Assembly (NCBI GenBank): GCA_050173015.1
Contig: JBFXLE010000012.1
Coordinates: 40,745 to 104,744, forward strand
DNA from: Calditrichaceae bacterium
GTDB lineage: Bacteria; Calditrichota; Calditrichia; Calditrichales; JBFXGD01
Length of the DNA stretch: 64,000 bases
Reading direction: 5' to 3'
Shown here: positions 8,842 through 17,782 of the stretch, piece after piece
Layout: each line of letters begins with the position of its first letter
How positions within the stretch are numbered: position 1 is the stretch's first letter
Position numbers and translations under genes: made by a program
The notes under the pieces: generated by a model
What the model was told of the DNA's origin: nothing
The model's input: only the letters and a program-made list of their open reading frames with translations
Databases searched by the model: none

Positions 8842-8973
8842 GTTTGAAAATTACTCAATTTTAGACGATCACGTAACCATTATTTTTTAAAGATTGCAAG
8901 AAATTTTGCCAGTTGCTATTTTATGTTTGTTTACTAATGGTATTGAAAAAAACATGCCGTTAATATATGGACG

Positions 8974-9516
8974 GTGGAATATTCCAATCAAATTTCTTTG
9001 ATGAAAAGAGTTAAAATGAATTTATTGAGAAGAATAAATGACGCCGTCGCAAAAGTTGAATTAGGGCTGTTGATATTTATCGTTTTGACAATGGTCATCT
9101 TAGCATTCATACAGGTACTTTTACGGAATGTTTTTGATCAGGGGATTCTTTGGGGAGATACCTTTCTCAGACATCTTGTGCTCTGGGTAGGTTTTATCGG
9201 GGCATCGCTGGCAACCAGGGACGAAAAACATATTGATATCGACATATTAACACGATTCTTGCCCGTCAGAGCAAAATCGGTTGTCCGGATTATTACAAAT
9301 GTGTTTGCCGGAATAATCTGTTTCATTTTAGGCAAAGCCGGCTTGACCTTTGTGTTGCAGGAAATAGAGTTCGGCACCATATTATTCAATGATATTCCCG
9401 CGTGGTATTTTGAAATTATAATTCCCGTTGGTTTTGCGCTGATGGGTATCCGTTTTTTTTGTCTTTCCCTGGAGTTAACAATTAAATGGGTTCGGCCTGA
9501 GGGAGGGAAGAAATGA
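8974..9516 (+). CDS. dctQ: TRAP transporter small permease (true start may be slightly downstream)
   Basis: Four TM segments, QVLLRN, W..FIGASLATRD.KHI.ID. Confidence 0.88.
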   Translation: MEYSNQISLMKRVKMNLLRRINDAVAKVELGLLIFIVLTMVILAFIQVLLRNVFDQGILWGDTFLRHLVLWVGFIGASLATRDEKHIDIDILTRFLPVRAKSVVRIITNVFAGIICFILGKAGLTFVLQEIEFGTILFNDIPAWYFEIIIPVGFALMGIRFFCLSLELTIKWVRPEGGKK

Positions 9517-10796
9517 CAGGCATTTTCATCGGTCTGGCGCTGCTTCTGCTCGCTTTGTTTGGAACGTCCCTTTTTGTGATCATCTCGGCCATTGCGTTGA
9601 TCGCCTTTTACTTTGCCGGAATTGATTCGACCGCGGTAATTATAGAATTATATCGTCTTGCCAGTCAACCGGTTTTGCTTGCTATTCCCTTATTTACCTT
9701 CGCCGGGTATCTCCTCGCCGAAAGCAATACACCCAAGCGTCTTTTTAATCTGTCACGCGCTTTGTTGGGCTGGCTGCCGGGAGGACTGGCTATAGTAACG
9801 CTTGTCTCATGCGCCATATTCACCGCGTTTACCGGCGCATCGGGAGTCACAATTGTAGCGCTGGGCGGATTGCTTTTTCCACTGCTTATCCAGGAAAATT
9901 ATTCCGAAAAATTCAGTCTGGGGATTCTTACTGCATCGGGAAATCTTGGTCTGCTGTTTCCACCCAGCCTGCCGATTATTCTGTATGGCCTCGTTTCGGA
10001 AACCAGCATCGATAAACTTTTTCTCGCGGGAATTATTCCGGGCGCCCTCATGGTTATTCTGCTCTCTGTCTATAGTATCGTTTACATCAAAAAAACTTCT
10101 CATGGGCTGAAAAAAACAAAGGTTTCACTCAGGGAATTACTCAAGACCGCCAGGGAGGCTATCTGGGAAATTCCTTTGCCGGTGATTATCCTGGGCGGTA
10201 TTTACACCGGTTTTTTTACAGCCACAGAGGCGGCGGCCGTAACCGCGTTTTATGTTCTTTTCATTGAAGTTGTTATTTACAAGGATATTTCGATTAAAAA
10301 AGGTTTGCCCGCGGTCATAAAGGAAAGCATGGTGATGGTCGGCGGGATTCTGGTCATTCTCTCGGCAGCGCTGGGACTTGCGAATTATCTGATAGATGCT
10401 GAGATACCTATGAGAATATTAGAGGGAATGAAGGGCGTTATCAGTACAAAAATCGGATTTTTACTGGTTCTTAATATCTTTTTACTGATTGTAGGGGCGA
10501 TGATGGATATTTTTTCCGCCATCATGGTTGTGGCGCCGTTAATTATACCGATCGCTACAAATTTTGGGGTGGATCCGGTGCACCTGGGTATCATATTTCT
10601 CGCCAACCTGGGGATCGGATATTCGACTCCACCGGTAGGGATGAATCTTTTTATCGCGTCATTCCGATTTGAACAGCCAATAATAAAACTTTACCGGGCG
10701 ACGATTCCGTTTTTAGTGATACTACTGCTTGCCCTCATTCTTATTACCTATATCCCGGAGCTAAGTTTGTGGCTTGTGGGAGTTTTTGGAGTATAA
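9513..10796 (+). CDS. dctM: TRAP transporter large permease
   Basis: LLAIPLFTFAG, LGLLFPPSLP, FTATEAAAV, GVDPVHLG, TPPVGMNLF. Confidence 0.93.
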   Translation: MTGIFIGLALLLLALFGTSLFVIISAIALIAFYFAGIDSTAVIIELYRLASQPVLLAIPLFTFAGYLLAESNTPKRLFNLSRALLGWLPGGLAIVTLVSCAIFTAFTGASGVTIVALGGLLFPLLIQENYSEKFSLGILTASGNLGLLFPPSLPIILYGLVSETSIDKLFLAGIIPGALMVILLSVYSIVYIKKTSHGLKKTKVSLRELLKTAREAIWEIPLPVIILGGIYTGFFTATEAAAVTAFYVLFIEVVIYKDISIKKGLPAVIKESMVMVGGILVILSAALGLANYLIDAEIPMRILEGMKGVISTKIGFLLVLNIFLLIVGAMMDIFSAIMVVAPLIIPIATNFGVDPVHLGIIFLANLGIGYSTPPVGMNLFIASFRFEQPIIKLYRATIPFLVILLLALILITYIPELSLWLVGVFGV

Positions 10797-10798
10797 AA

Positions 10799-10832
10799 AA
10801 AAGACGCGAACCCGAATGTGTCCGCGTCTTTT
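10799..10832. terminator. Bidirectional terminator between dctM and proline dehydrogenase
   Basis: AAAAGACGCG...CGCGTCTTTT between convergent genes. Confidence 0.7.
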
Positions 10833-10835
10833 AAA

Positions 10836-11738
10836 TTATGACAGGTGAAAAATTTTCTTTATGACGTATCCGGCCATTTTCGGGTTTTCCTTTAGCCGTC
10901 GTGTTGAATATGCATACCAGTCTTTTCCGTAGGGAACGTAAACACGCAGCCTGTGACCGGCATTTACAATAATGTCGCGCAATTGTTCATCAACTCCCAG
11001 GAGCATTTGAAATTCATACTCATCTTTTTTCAGGCCCAGATCTTCAACAGTTTTTATCCCGTGCCAGACAAGTTTTTCATCATGAGTGGCGATTCCTACG
11101 TAGCACTTATTTTTCAAAAGCTGTTCTAAATTATATTTATAACTTTCATTGATAATCGCCATGTCTTTGTAAGCGTCCTCCCGGGGCTCCACATAAATTC
11201 CCTTGCAAAGCCGCAGATTTGCTTTGTGAGAAATAAGTTTCCGCACATCATCGGCTGTGCGTCGTAAATATGCCTGAATGACAAGTCCCACGTGGCCTTC
11301 AAATTCTTCCTTGAGTCGCAAATATAAATCGATTGTGCTGCCTGTTGTGTGGCGGTCTTCCATATCGATTCGGACAAAATTATTATATTTTTTTGCTATT
11401 TCAATGATGCCGCGAATATTATTATAACAGAATTCTGTATCGAGATTAAGTCCCATGTGCGTGGGTTTCACGGAAACATTGGCGTTCAGTTTGTGAAGAT
11501 CGATGGCTTTCAAAATCTCCTTGTATTCATCCGCTGCCGCTGCCGCCTGTTCTTTTTTTGTGACTTCCTCGCCAAGCAGATCCATAGTTGCCATAATCCC
11601 TTTGGCATTCAATTCCCTTACAACCGAAATGGCCTCATTTAGAGTTGATCCGGCTATATAATTCCGCGAAAAATATCTGACAATCGGTTTTGGAACAACA
11701 GGAAGTGTCAAAACAACTAATTTATCCAATAAGCTCAT
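10836..11738 (-). CDS. Monofunctional proline dehydrogenase
   Basis: DLLGE, SVKPT, RIDMED, QAYLRRT, RLCKG.Y, IATHD, EFQMLLG, RRLKENP. Confidence 0.93.
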   Translation of the reverse strand: MSLLDKLVVLTLPVVPKPIVRYFSRNYIAGSTLNEAISVVRELNAKGIMATMDLLGEEVTKKEQAAAAADEYKEILKAIDLHKLNANVSVKPTHMGLNLDTEFCYNNIRGIIEIAKKYNNFVRIDMEDRHTTGSTIDLYLRLKEEFEGHVGLVIQAYLRRTADDVRKLISHKANLRLCKGIYVEPREDAYKDMAIINESYKYNLEQLLKNKCYVGIATHDEKLVWHGIKTVEDLGLKKDEYEFQMLLGVDEQLRDIIVNAGHRLRVYVPYGKDWYAYSTRRLKENPKMAGYVIKKIFHLS

Positions 11739-12004
11739 ACCTACTCCATGTTTCGTACAATATTCTTGCCGAAATCCGGCTTTATAATCTATTAAACATC
11801 AAATTCTAAGTTAGTGAATAATTTATCAGAATGAAAATTTCTAATCAATACATTTTTAAGTTTTTTAACACGAGGAAAAAAGTGGATGGCGGGATTTTAT
11901 TATACTCCCTGGACATACAAGGGACCGATAAATATGTCTTCTAAAGGATCACTTTGCCGAGGATCATAATACTATAATTGAATGGTTATTAAAACCGCTT
12001 GAAA

Positions 12005-12235
12005 TTACCGATAGGAATCAGCTGAATTGATATTCTGATCGGAGTGGATAGATTTCTCAAAATTGCCATTGTGATCATATACTTGAATGACAGCGCCCGG
12101 TTTTTCTTTGATCATCTCATTTGCGGCGCTAAGCGCGTTGCCTTTTGAGAAATACATACTTAGTCCGATGTCGTCATTTTCAATGGCCCAGTGAACGCCG
12201 AAAGGCGCAATTCGATAGATATTTTTGTGCTTCAT
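12005..12235 (-). CDS. Small DUF2188-like protein
   Basis: Pattern W.......F.K..A...A..........V....G; 76 aa with a GGGGA RBS. Confidence 0.55.
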   Translation of the reverse strand: MKHKNIYRIAPFGVHWAIENDDIGLSMYFSKGNALSAANEMIKEKPGAVIQVYDHNGNFEKSIHSDQNINSADSYR

Positions 12236-12403
12236 TCCAATATCCCCGTTTTATAGAATTTTTTGTGATGCATAGATATTGGGGATTCAATCGAACTGAG
12301 ATCCTGCAACGGATAAAGGATGCAGAATATAAATTTATTGATGAGAAAAAGGAGGAAGAAGTCTATTAAAAGCCGAATCCCTTTTTATTATAACGTAGTT
12401 ACC

Positions 12404-13468
12404 CTACGATTTATTCTTTTTTGTTTTAAATTCAGGTATAAAACTGCCAAATCCCTGATTGCAGTTCCGACACATATCAATACTTTTGCGATCTTTGATT
12501 AATTGATCGCGAAATTCAAAAAATTGCCCGCTCAGCCAGATCTCTTCGAATTGTTTGGTAAGATTTATATTTCCCATATTATAGTGACCGTTTTTATCGA
12601 AACAGCATGGCACCACTGAACCATCCCAGTTTATCAGCGTCGACATCCAGGGACGGGGACAGGATTTTTTATGATTGTTTTTTACGCTTAATGTCTGGCC
12701 GCTAAAATCATACCGTCTGAACTTTTCGTTTTCCGGCAGCCAGGTTTTTGCTTCATCCAACGAACGCACTTCAATGTTTTTGATCAGGATACGGTCCACA
12801 CCAATCTCTTTACCCAATTTTTTAATAGCCGTAAGTTCATGTTCATTATGCTTCATCACAAGAAACTGAAGCGCGATCAGCGGTGTTTTACTTTTTCGCT
12901 GACGTTTAATCTCCATAAATCGGCGTAATCCATCGGTAACTTTAGTAAAATCACCTTTTATCCGGTAAGTTTCGTAGGTTTCCTGTGTTATTCCATCGAG
13001 AGAAACAATCATGCTGTCAAGCCCCGAATCAATTGTTGCATTAATTGATTCATCTGTGAAATAATGGGCATTTGTGCTGGTAGTGCAATATATGTTTTTT
13101 TCTTTTGCCAATCTTACAAATTCAAGAAAATGTTTATTGATGTATGGTTCACCCTGATGATAGAGAAGCAGAAAGAAAACATCGTTACCTAACTGACTCA
13201 GAATGGATCTAAACGTGTGAAGAGACATTTTTCCAACAGGCCTTTCCATCTCTCCGGCCCCGGTTGTACATAGTGGGCATTTGAGATTGCAGACATTGGT
13301 GGGTTCTATTGTAAGAACGGGAGGGACGCCCCAAAGGATATTCTTATTTAGAACCGCGGAAAGAATAAATGAGACTCCGGTTTTCATAAGATTTATAAAT
13401 CGGCGGAACGTCAGGGACCGAATCAGGTTAGGAAGTAAAAGTTCGTTCAAGAGCATTCTCTCAATCAT
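12404..13468 (-). CDS. Radical SAM protein with SPASM/Twitch domain
   Basis: CNLKCPLC (CX3CX2C), GEP, TNA, SLDG; C-terminal C..PW...NWDG.V.PCC...CRNC. Confidence 0.9.
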   Translation of the reverse strand: MIERMLLNELLLPNLIRSLTFRRFINLMKTGVSFILSAVLNKNILWGVPPVLTIEPTNVCNLKCPLCTTGAGEMERPVGKMSLHTFRSILSQLGNDVFFLLLYHQGEPYINKHFLEFVRLAKEKNIYCTTSTNAHYFTDESINATIDSGLDSMIVSLDGITQETYETYRIKGDFTKVTDGLRRFMEIKRQRKSKTPLIALQFLVMKHNEHELTAIKKLGKEIGVDRILIKNIEVRSLDEAKTWLPENEKFRRYDFSGQTLSVKNNHKKSCPRPWMSTLINWDGSVVPCCFDKNGHYNMGNINLTKQFEEIWLSGQFFEFRDQLIKDRKSIDMCRNCNQGFGSFIPEFKTKKNKS

Positions 13469-13656
13469 GGATTTTTATGCGTTTAACTGTCAAAAAAGTT
13501 AATTGATTTCCGGGTGGATTGCAAAAAGCATTATTGAAAAGATTAATTCCATGGCTCGATATGTGATATCCCATTTGTATTATGGCGGACCGGTTGTAAT
13601 TATGGTATAAACCTGCTAAATTTCTTTTGAGATTTATTTAGAATGGATTAATTCAG

Positions 13657-14754
13657 ATGGACTTGATTTACTGGTTTTTTCTTATTTCCAATGGTTTCTA
13701 CATTTTTTTACTTCTGCTCGTCTTTGCCGGACTGAGTATGTTGAAAATAAAAAACAAGACAAATTATCCGAAAATTTCCATCGTAATCGCGGCGCGAAAT
13801 GAAGAGAAAAGGATAACTCCGGCCATTCATTCCATGTTGAAATTAAATTATCCGATTGACAATTTTGAAGTGATCTGGGTGGATGACGCGTCGACAGATG
13901 ATACCGCTAAAATAATAGAACAACACGCGAAGGAACAAAAAAACTGGAAACTGATACGGATTGACGAAAAAAGTACAAGTCTGCGCGGGAAAAAGAAAGC
14001 GTTGAAATCAGGAATAGATCAGGCTACGGGTGAATTGATATTCACTACCGACGCGGATTGTGAGGTGCCACAGGACTGGCTGATGATAATGAGTTCATAT
14101 TTTGACGATCATACGAGCATGGTACTGGGACATTCACCTTTAACAGGGCTGAAGGGCTTCCTGGGGCGTATCTTACAATTTGATAATCTGTTTTCCGCAG
14201 TGGTAACGGCAGCGCCCACGAAATTAGGTTTTCCAATGAGTAGTATCGGACGCAATCTGTCGTATAAAAAAAAGGTCTATGCGGATGTCGGGGGATATGA
14301 CTCTTTGAAAAAATTCCGAAGCGGAGATGATGTTCACCTGACGGAACGCTTCAGAAGAGAAGATGGGGGGAAAATTGACTATTGCATCCATCCGGCAACG
14401 TTTGTATCAACAAAACCGCCTCTTACCGGTAAGGAGATATTTCATCAACAGGTTAGGAAAAACAGCAAAACATTGAATAAATCACTGCCGTCGGTTCTGC
14501 TTTCAATAGTTTTGTTCCTTTATTTCATCATCCTTATTATTTTTCCTTTTTTAAACTCAAAATGGCTGGGATTGTGGTTGGCGTTACTGGCAATTAAATT
14601 TAGCGCCGAGCTGATTACTTTGATTAAAGCCTGTTTTATATTCAAAAAAAAAGAATTGGTACCGTATCTTCCTCTGATGCAGATCATTTATCCGGGATAT
14701 GTCATTTTCTTCAGCCTGCTTGGAGTCCTGCAAATTTATGAATGGAAAAAGTAG
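13657..14754 (+). CDS. Membrane-bound family 2 glycosyltransferase
   Basis: N-terminal TM, AARNEE, DDASTD, TDAD (DXD), SGDD, and C-terminal TMs. Confidence 0.9.
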   Translation: MDLIYWFFLISNGFYIFLLLLVFAGLSMLKIKNKTNYPKISIVIAARNEEKRITPAIHSMLKLNYPIDNFEVIWVDDASTDDTAKIIEQHAKEQKNWKLIRIDEKSTSLRGKKKALKSGIDQATGELIFTTDADCEVPQDWLMIMSSYFDDHTSMVLGHSPLTGLKGFLGRILQFDNLFSAVVTAAPTKLGFPMSSIGRNLSYKKKVYADVGGYDSLKKFRSGDDVHLTERFRREDGGKIDYCIHPATFVSTKPPLTGKEIFHQQVRKNSKTLNKSLPSVLLSIVLFLYFIILIIFPFLNSKWLGLWLALLAIKFSAELITLIKACFIFKKKELVPYLPLMQIIYPGYVIFFSLLGVLQIYEWKK

Positions 14755-14825
14755 GCCGGATTAACTAAATTGACACACCTTAACAACATCTGGAACAAGA
14801 GACTTATTAAAAGCTTACACAACAT

Positions 14826-15803
14826 ATGAGAGAAAGATTAAAACAACGAATCTTATTCGCGCTAAAGTACCTTGTGGGATTTCTACTTCTCGCGTGGATA
14901 TTGGCGTATATTGACCGGGAACAGATGTTCGCAACAATAATGAACTTAGAACTCTCGGTGATTGTATTTGTCATTGTCCTGGCTGTTCTGAGCTTGACTG
15001 CCCAGTTTTATCGCTGGAAATATCTTGTGGAAAGTAATTCCATCCATTTCAGGGCGGTAGATCTAATACCTTCATTTTTCGCGGGATTTGCTTTCCGCAT
15101 GATGCTGCCCGGGGGACACGCGGAAATCACCAAAATATTCTTACTCCCCGGGAAAAAGGGAGGAAAAGTTGTTGCCTTTGGAATCGAAAAATTTTTTCAG
15201 ACATACATTAAAATATTCATGGTATCTTTAGCTTTTCCTCTTATGTTTCCTAAGTATCGTTTTGTATTGTGGGGATTGAGTGGATTGTTATTGTTGGTTT
15301 ATTTTTTTCTTCCGCTCATGATGCAAAGAGCGTTTCTTAAAAAGTATCAGGAACGGGAAGTCAATTATCACAGCTTATTTTTTAGAACACTCATTTTCTC
15401 GGTAGCAATATTCGGCGGGCTGATTTTGCAGTATTATTATTTGCTCAATTCAGTTCATGATATTGGGTTTTATGAAACATCACTATCTGTAATTTTCATC
15501 TGGGGAGCCGGATTACTGCCGATTTCCGTATCGGGACTGGGAGTCAGGGAAGCGCTATCGGTTTTTTTCTTTGGCAAATTCGGCATACCGGGCTCATCGG
15601 CGGTCGGACTGTCACTTTTTCTGTTTTTTATTAACGCCATTCTGCCGGCTTTGGCGGGTGTGTACTATATAATAAAGAGAAGAAACGATCTCCGGGATGC
15701 CGGTGGGATATTCAAATCTGCCGCAAAAAAAGCTATTGGAACCGGGAAAAATAGAATGGTGTTCAAAAAATACCGTTCCGTCTTAGATAAAAAGTCAGAG
15801 TAA
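14826..15803 (+). CDS. Lysylphosphatidylglycerol-synthase-TM / flippase-like membrane protein
   Basis: RW..L, LPGG..E, LPISVSGLGVRE; about 8 TM segments. Confidence 0.8.
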   Translation: MRERLKQRILFALKYLVGFLLLAWILAYIDREQMFATIMNLELSVIVFVIVLAVLSLTAQFYRWKYLVESNSIHFRAVDLIPSFFAGFAFRMMLPGGHAEITKIFLLPGKKGGKVVAFGIEKFFQTYIKIFMVSLAFPLMFPKYRFVLWGLSGLLLLVYFFLPLMMQRAFLKKYQEREVNYHSLFFRTLIFSVAIFGGLILQYYYLLNSVHDIGFYETSLSVIFIWGAGLLPISVSGLGVREALSVFFFGKFGIPGSSAVGLSLFLFFINAILPALAGVYYIIKRRNDLRDAGGIFKSAAKKAIGTGKNRMVFKKYRSVLDKKSE

Positions 15804-15931
15804 TTTTTTTCAGGCAGTATAAAAATAAATAAACAGAATTACGGGTTCAGCCAAATTCGTTGTCATTTTAAATCGGAACATCGGTGGAAAAATCATCTAA
15901 CTTTTCCGGATAAATAAGCATTGGACTAAAG

Positions 15932-17029
15932 ATGTCATTTTTAGATAAATTAACGCTTTCATTTTTGCCTTTTAAATCGGCAATACGCCTTCTGCGCGCA
16001 TCAAAAGTTAGTTATACCCCGCGCCGTCTTTTAAACTTCTTCAAAATCTGGCTGTCAATGAACATCTCAAAATTGTCGCGGAAACCTGTTGTCTGGGGAT
16101 ACGCGCCGGTTCTGATGGTGGAGCCTACTAATATCTGTAATCTTAAATGCCCCATGTGCCCATCGGGAAACGGAGATATGGCGCGCCCTAAGGGGAAGCT
16201 TGATCTGGATAATTTCAGACGATTAATGGATGACGTGGGAGATTATATATTTTTGGTACAATTCTGGAATCAGGGTGAACCTTTCATTAACAAATCGTTT
16301 ATCGATTTTGTGAAGTACGCTAAATCGAAGGGTGTTATGACGCAGACCTCGACCAACGGACATTTTGTGCGGGATGATGAGGCAGCGGACGAAGTTATTC
16401 TTTCAGGGCTTGATCAGATTATTTTTTCTATGGATGGAACGAATCAGCAAACATACGAGCAATACAGAGTCGGAGGCAATTATAATCTGGTTCTTGAGAC
16501 TCTCGGCCGGTTATCGGAAGCGAAAAAACGGCATAACAGTAAAACACCGTTTATTGAATTGCAGTTTATCGTTTTTAAACATAATCAGAATGAGATTGAT
16601 GAGATCATCCGGCTCGCGAAGCGGTTTAAGGTGGATCATCTCTCATTTAAAACCGCGCAGGTTTATTCCGCTGATCAGGCGGAAGAATTTTTGCCCGATG
16701 ATACTGATATGAGGCGATATTCTTTTGATGGCGATCATTTACAGCTAAAAGATGATGTTCCGAACTGGTGTAAGCGGTTATGGATGAATTCCACGGTAAA
16801 CTGGGACGGATCCGTAAGTCCCTGCTGTTTTGACAAAGACGCGGATCATGCTTTTGCCAATATATTTACGGATGGTGTTTCATTCAGAGAAACCTGGACA
16901 AATAATAAGTACATGAACTTCCGCAGATCGGTATTAAAAAATCGCAAGGCGATCGACATGTGCAGGAATTGTACCGAAGGATTAAAAGAGCCATACGCGC
17001 GGGTCGTAAATCTTGATGAAGTTTCATAG
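15932..17029 (+). CDS. Radical SAM protein with SPASM/Twitch domain (paralogue of 12404-13468)
   Basis: CNLKCPMC, QGEPFINK, STNGH, SMDG; NWDGSVSPCCFDK...IDMCRNC. Confidence 0.9.
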   Translation: MSFLDKLTLSFLPFKSAIRLLRASKVSYTPRRLLNFFKIWLSMNISKLSRKPVVWGYAPVLMVEPTNICNLKCPMCPSGNGDMARPKGKLDLDNFRRLMDDVGDYIFLVQFWNQGEPFINKSFIDFVKYAKSKGVMTQTSTNGHFVRDDEAADEVILSGLDQIIFSMDGTNQQTYEQYRVGGNYNLVLETLGRLSEAKKRHNSKTPFIELQFIVFKHNQNEIDEIIRLAKRFKVDHLSFKTAQVYSADQAEEFLPDDTDMRRYSFDGDHLQLKDDVPNWCKRLWMNSTVNWDGSVSPCCFDKDADHAFANIFTDGVSFRETWTNNKYMNFRRSVLKNRKAIDMCRNCTEGLKEPYARVVNLDEVS

Positions 17030-17033
17030 CCTT

Positions 17034-17669
17034 TTAGATTTCATACCATTTCAGGTAGTCTTCCTCATAAATTTGAATATCATCAAACCAGACTTTTCCT
17101 CCACTGTTGCCGATGGTGTCAAGACCGGTTTTTATCAAAACACGTCGGGTGCCGGGCGGAATGGTGAAAAGCAATATGATTTCTTTCCAGTCACTGGTGC
17201 CGGTTAATCGGGATGACTCTATCGTGCTGGCGCTGAGGACGAAGCTGTGGTGGAATTTGTCGGGGAACATGATCTTTATCCATGCGCTTCGCGAGAGATT
17301 TTTTGTTTTTACCCAGGCTCTTAGTTTGTAAGTGTGTCCCGCTTGAAAATTATTTAGCGTTTGTGTCCAGTAAAAAGACGCGGGGATTTCCTGGTGGTTC
17401 GAAGGGATTTCAATAGAGACGGAATGATCACCACTGTGAAATATATCGTTATCCCACCTGTAAATCTCATGATCCAGAAGTGTATTGGAATGAGGTTTGA
17501 ACCATCTTGCGGGTATTTGTTTCCTCAGGCTGTGTTCTTCAAACCCACCATTATAGACCAATTGAAACGGAAGAACTTCGTCCGACACCTTTCTACTTAT
17601 GTTCTCATCACTGCAGGTAAACGGCATAAACGCGGCAAACAGCCAGATTAAAATAATCGGGAGTTTCAT
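17034..17669 (-). CDS. Exported or lipoprotein CBM4/9-like (galactose-binding-like) domain protein
   Basis: Signal peptide with Cys (PFTCSD), NGGFE, HSG..S, Y.L.AWVKT, GTSDW, GKVWFDDI. Confidence 0.7.
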   Translation of the reverse strand: MKLPIILIWLFAAFMPFTCSDENISRKVSDEVLPFQLVYNGGFEEHSLRKQIPARWFKPHSNTLLDHEIYRWDNDIFHSGDHSVSIEIPSNHQEIPASFYWTQTLNNFQAGHTYKLRAWVKTKNLSRSAWIKIMFPDKFHHSFVLSASTIESSRLTGTSDWKEIILLFTIPPGTRRVLIKTGLDTIGNSGGKVWFDDIQIYEEDYLKWYEI

Positions 17670-17750
17670 AAGAATCCCTTTTAGTCAGAACACTATCTAT
17701 ATATCCTAACTAAAAGAGGGCGAAAATTATTTTCGTGTTTAGGAAATAAA

Positions 17751-17773
17751 CAGCGGCAGAAAATCTGCCGCTG
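17751..17773 (-). terminator. Terminator after acs
   Basis: CAGCGGCAGA-aaa-TCTGCCGCTG perfect stem, followed by TTTATTT on the minus strand. Confidence 0.8.
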
Positions 17774-17782
17774 ACAAATATT

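Noticed and set aside
12005-12235. Possible RiPP precursor for the radical SAM/SPASM pair
   Set aside because: It looks like a folded DUF2188-type protein, with no leader/core pattern and no peptidase or exporter adjacent.
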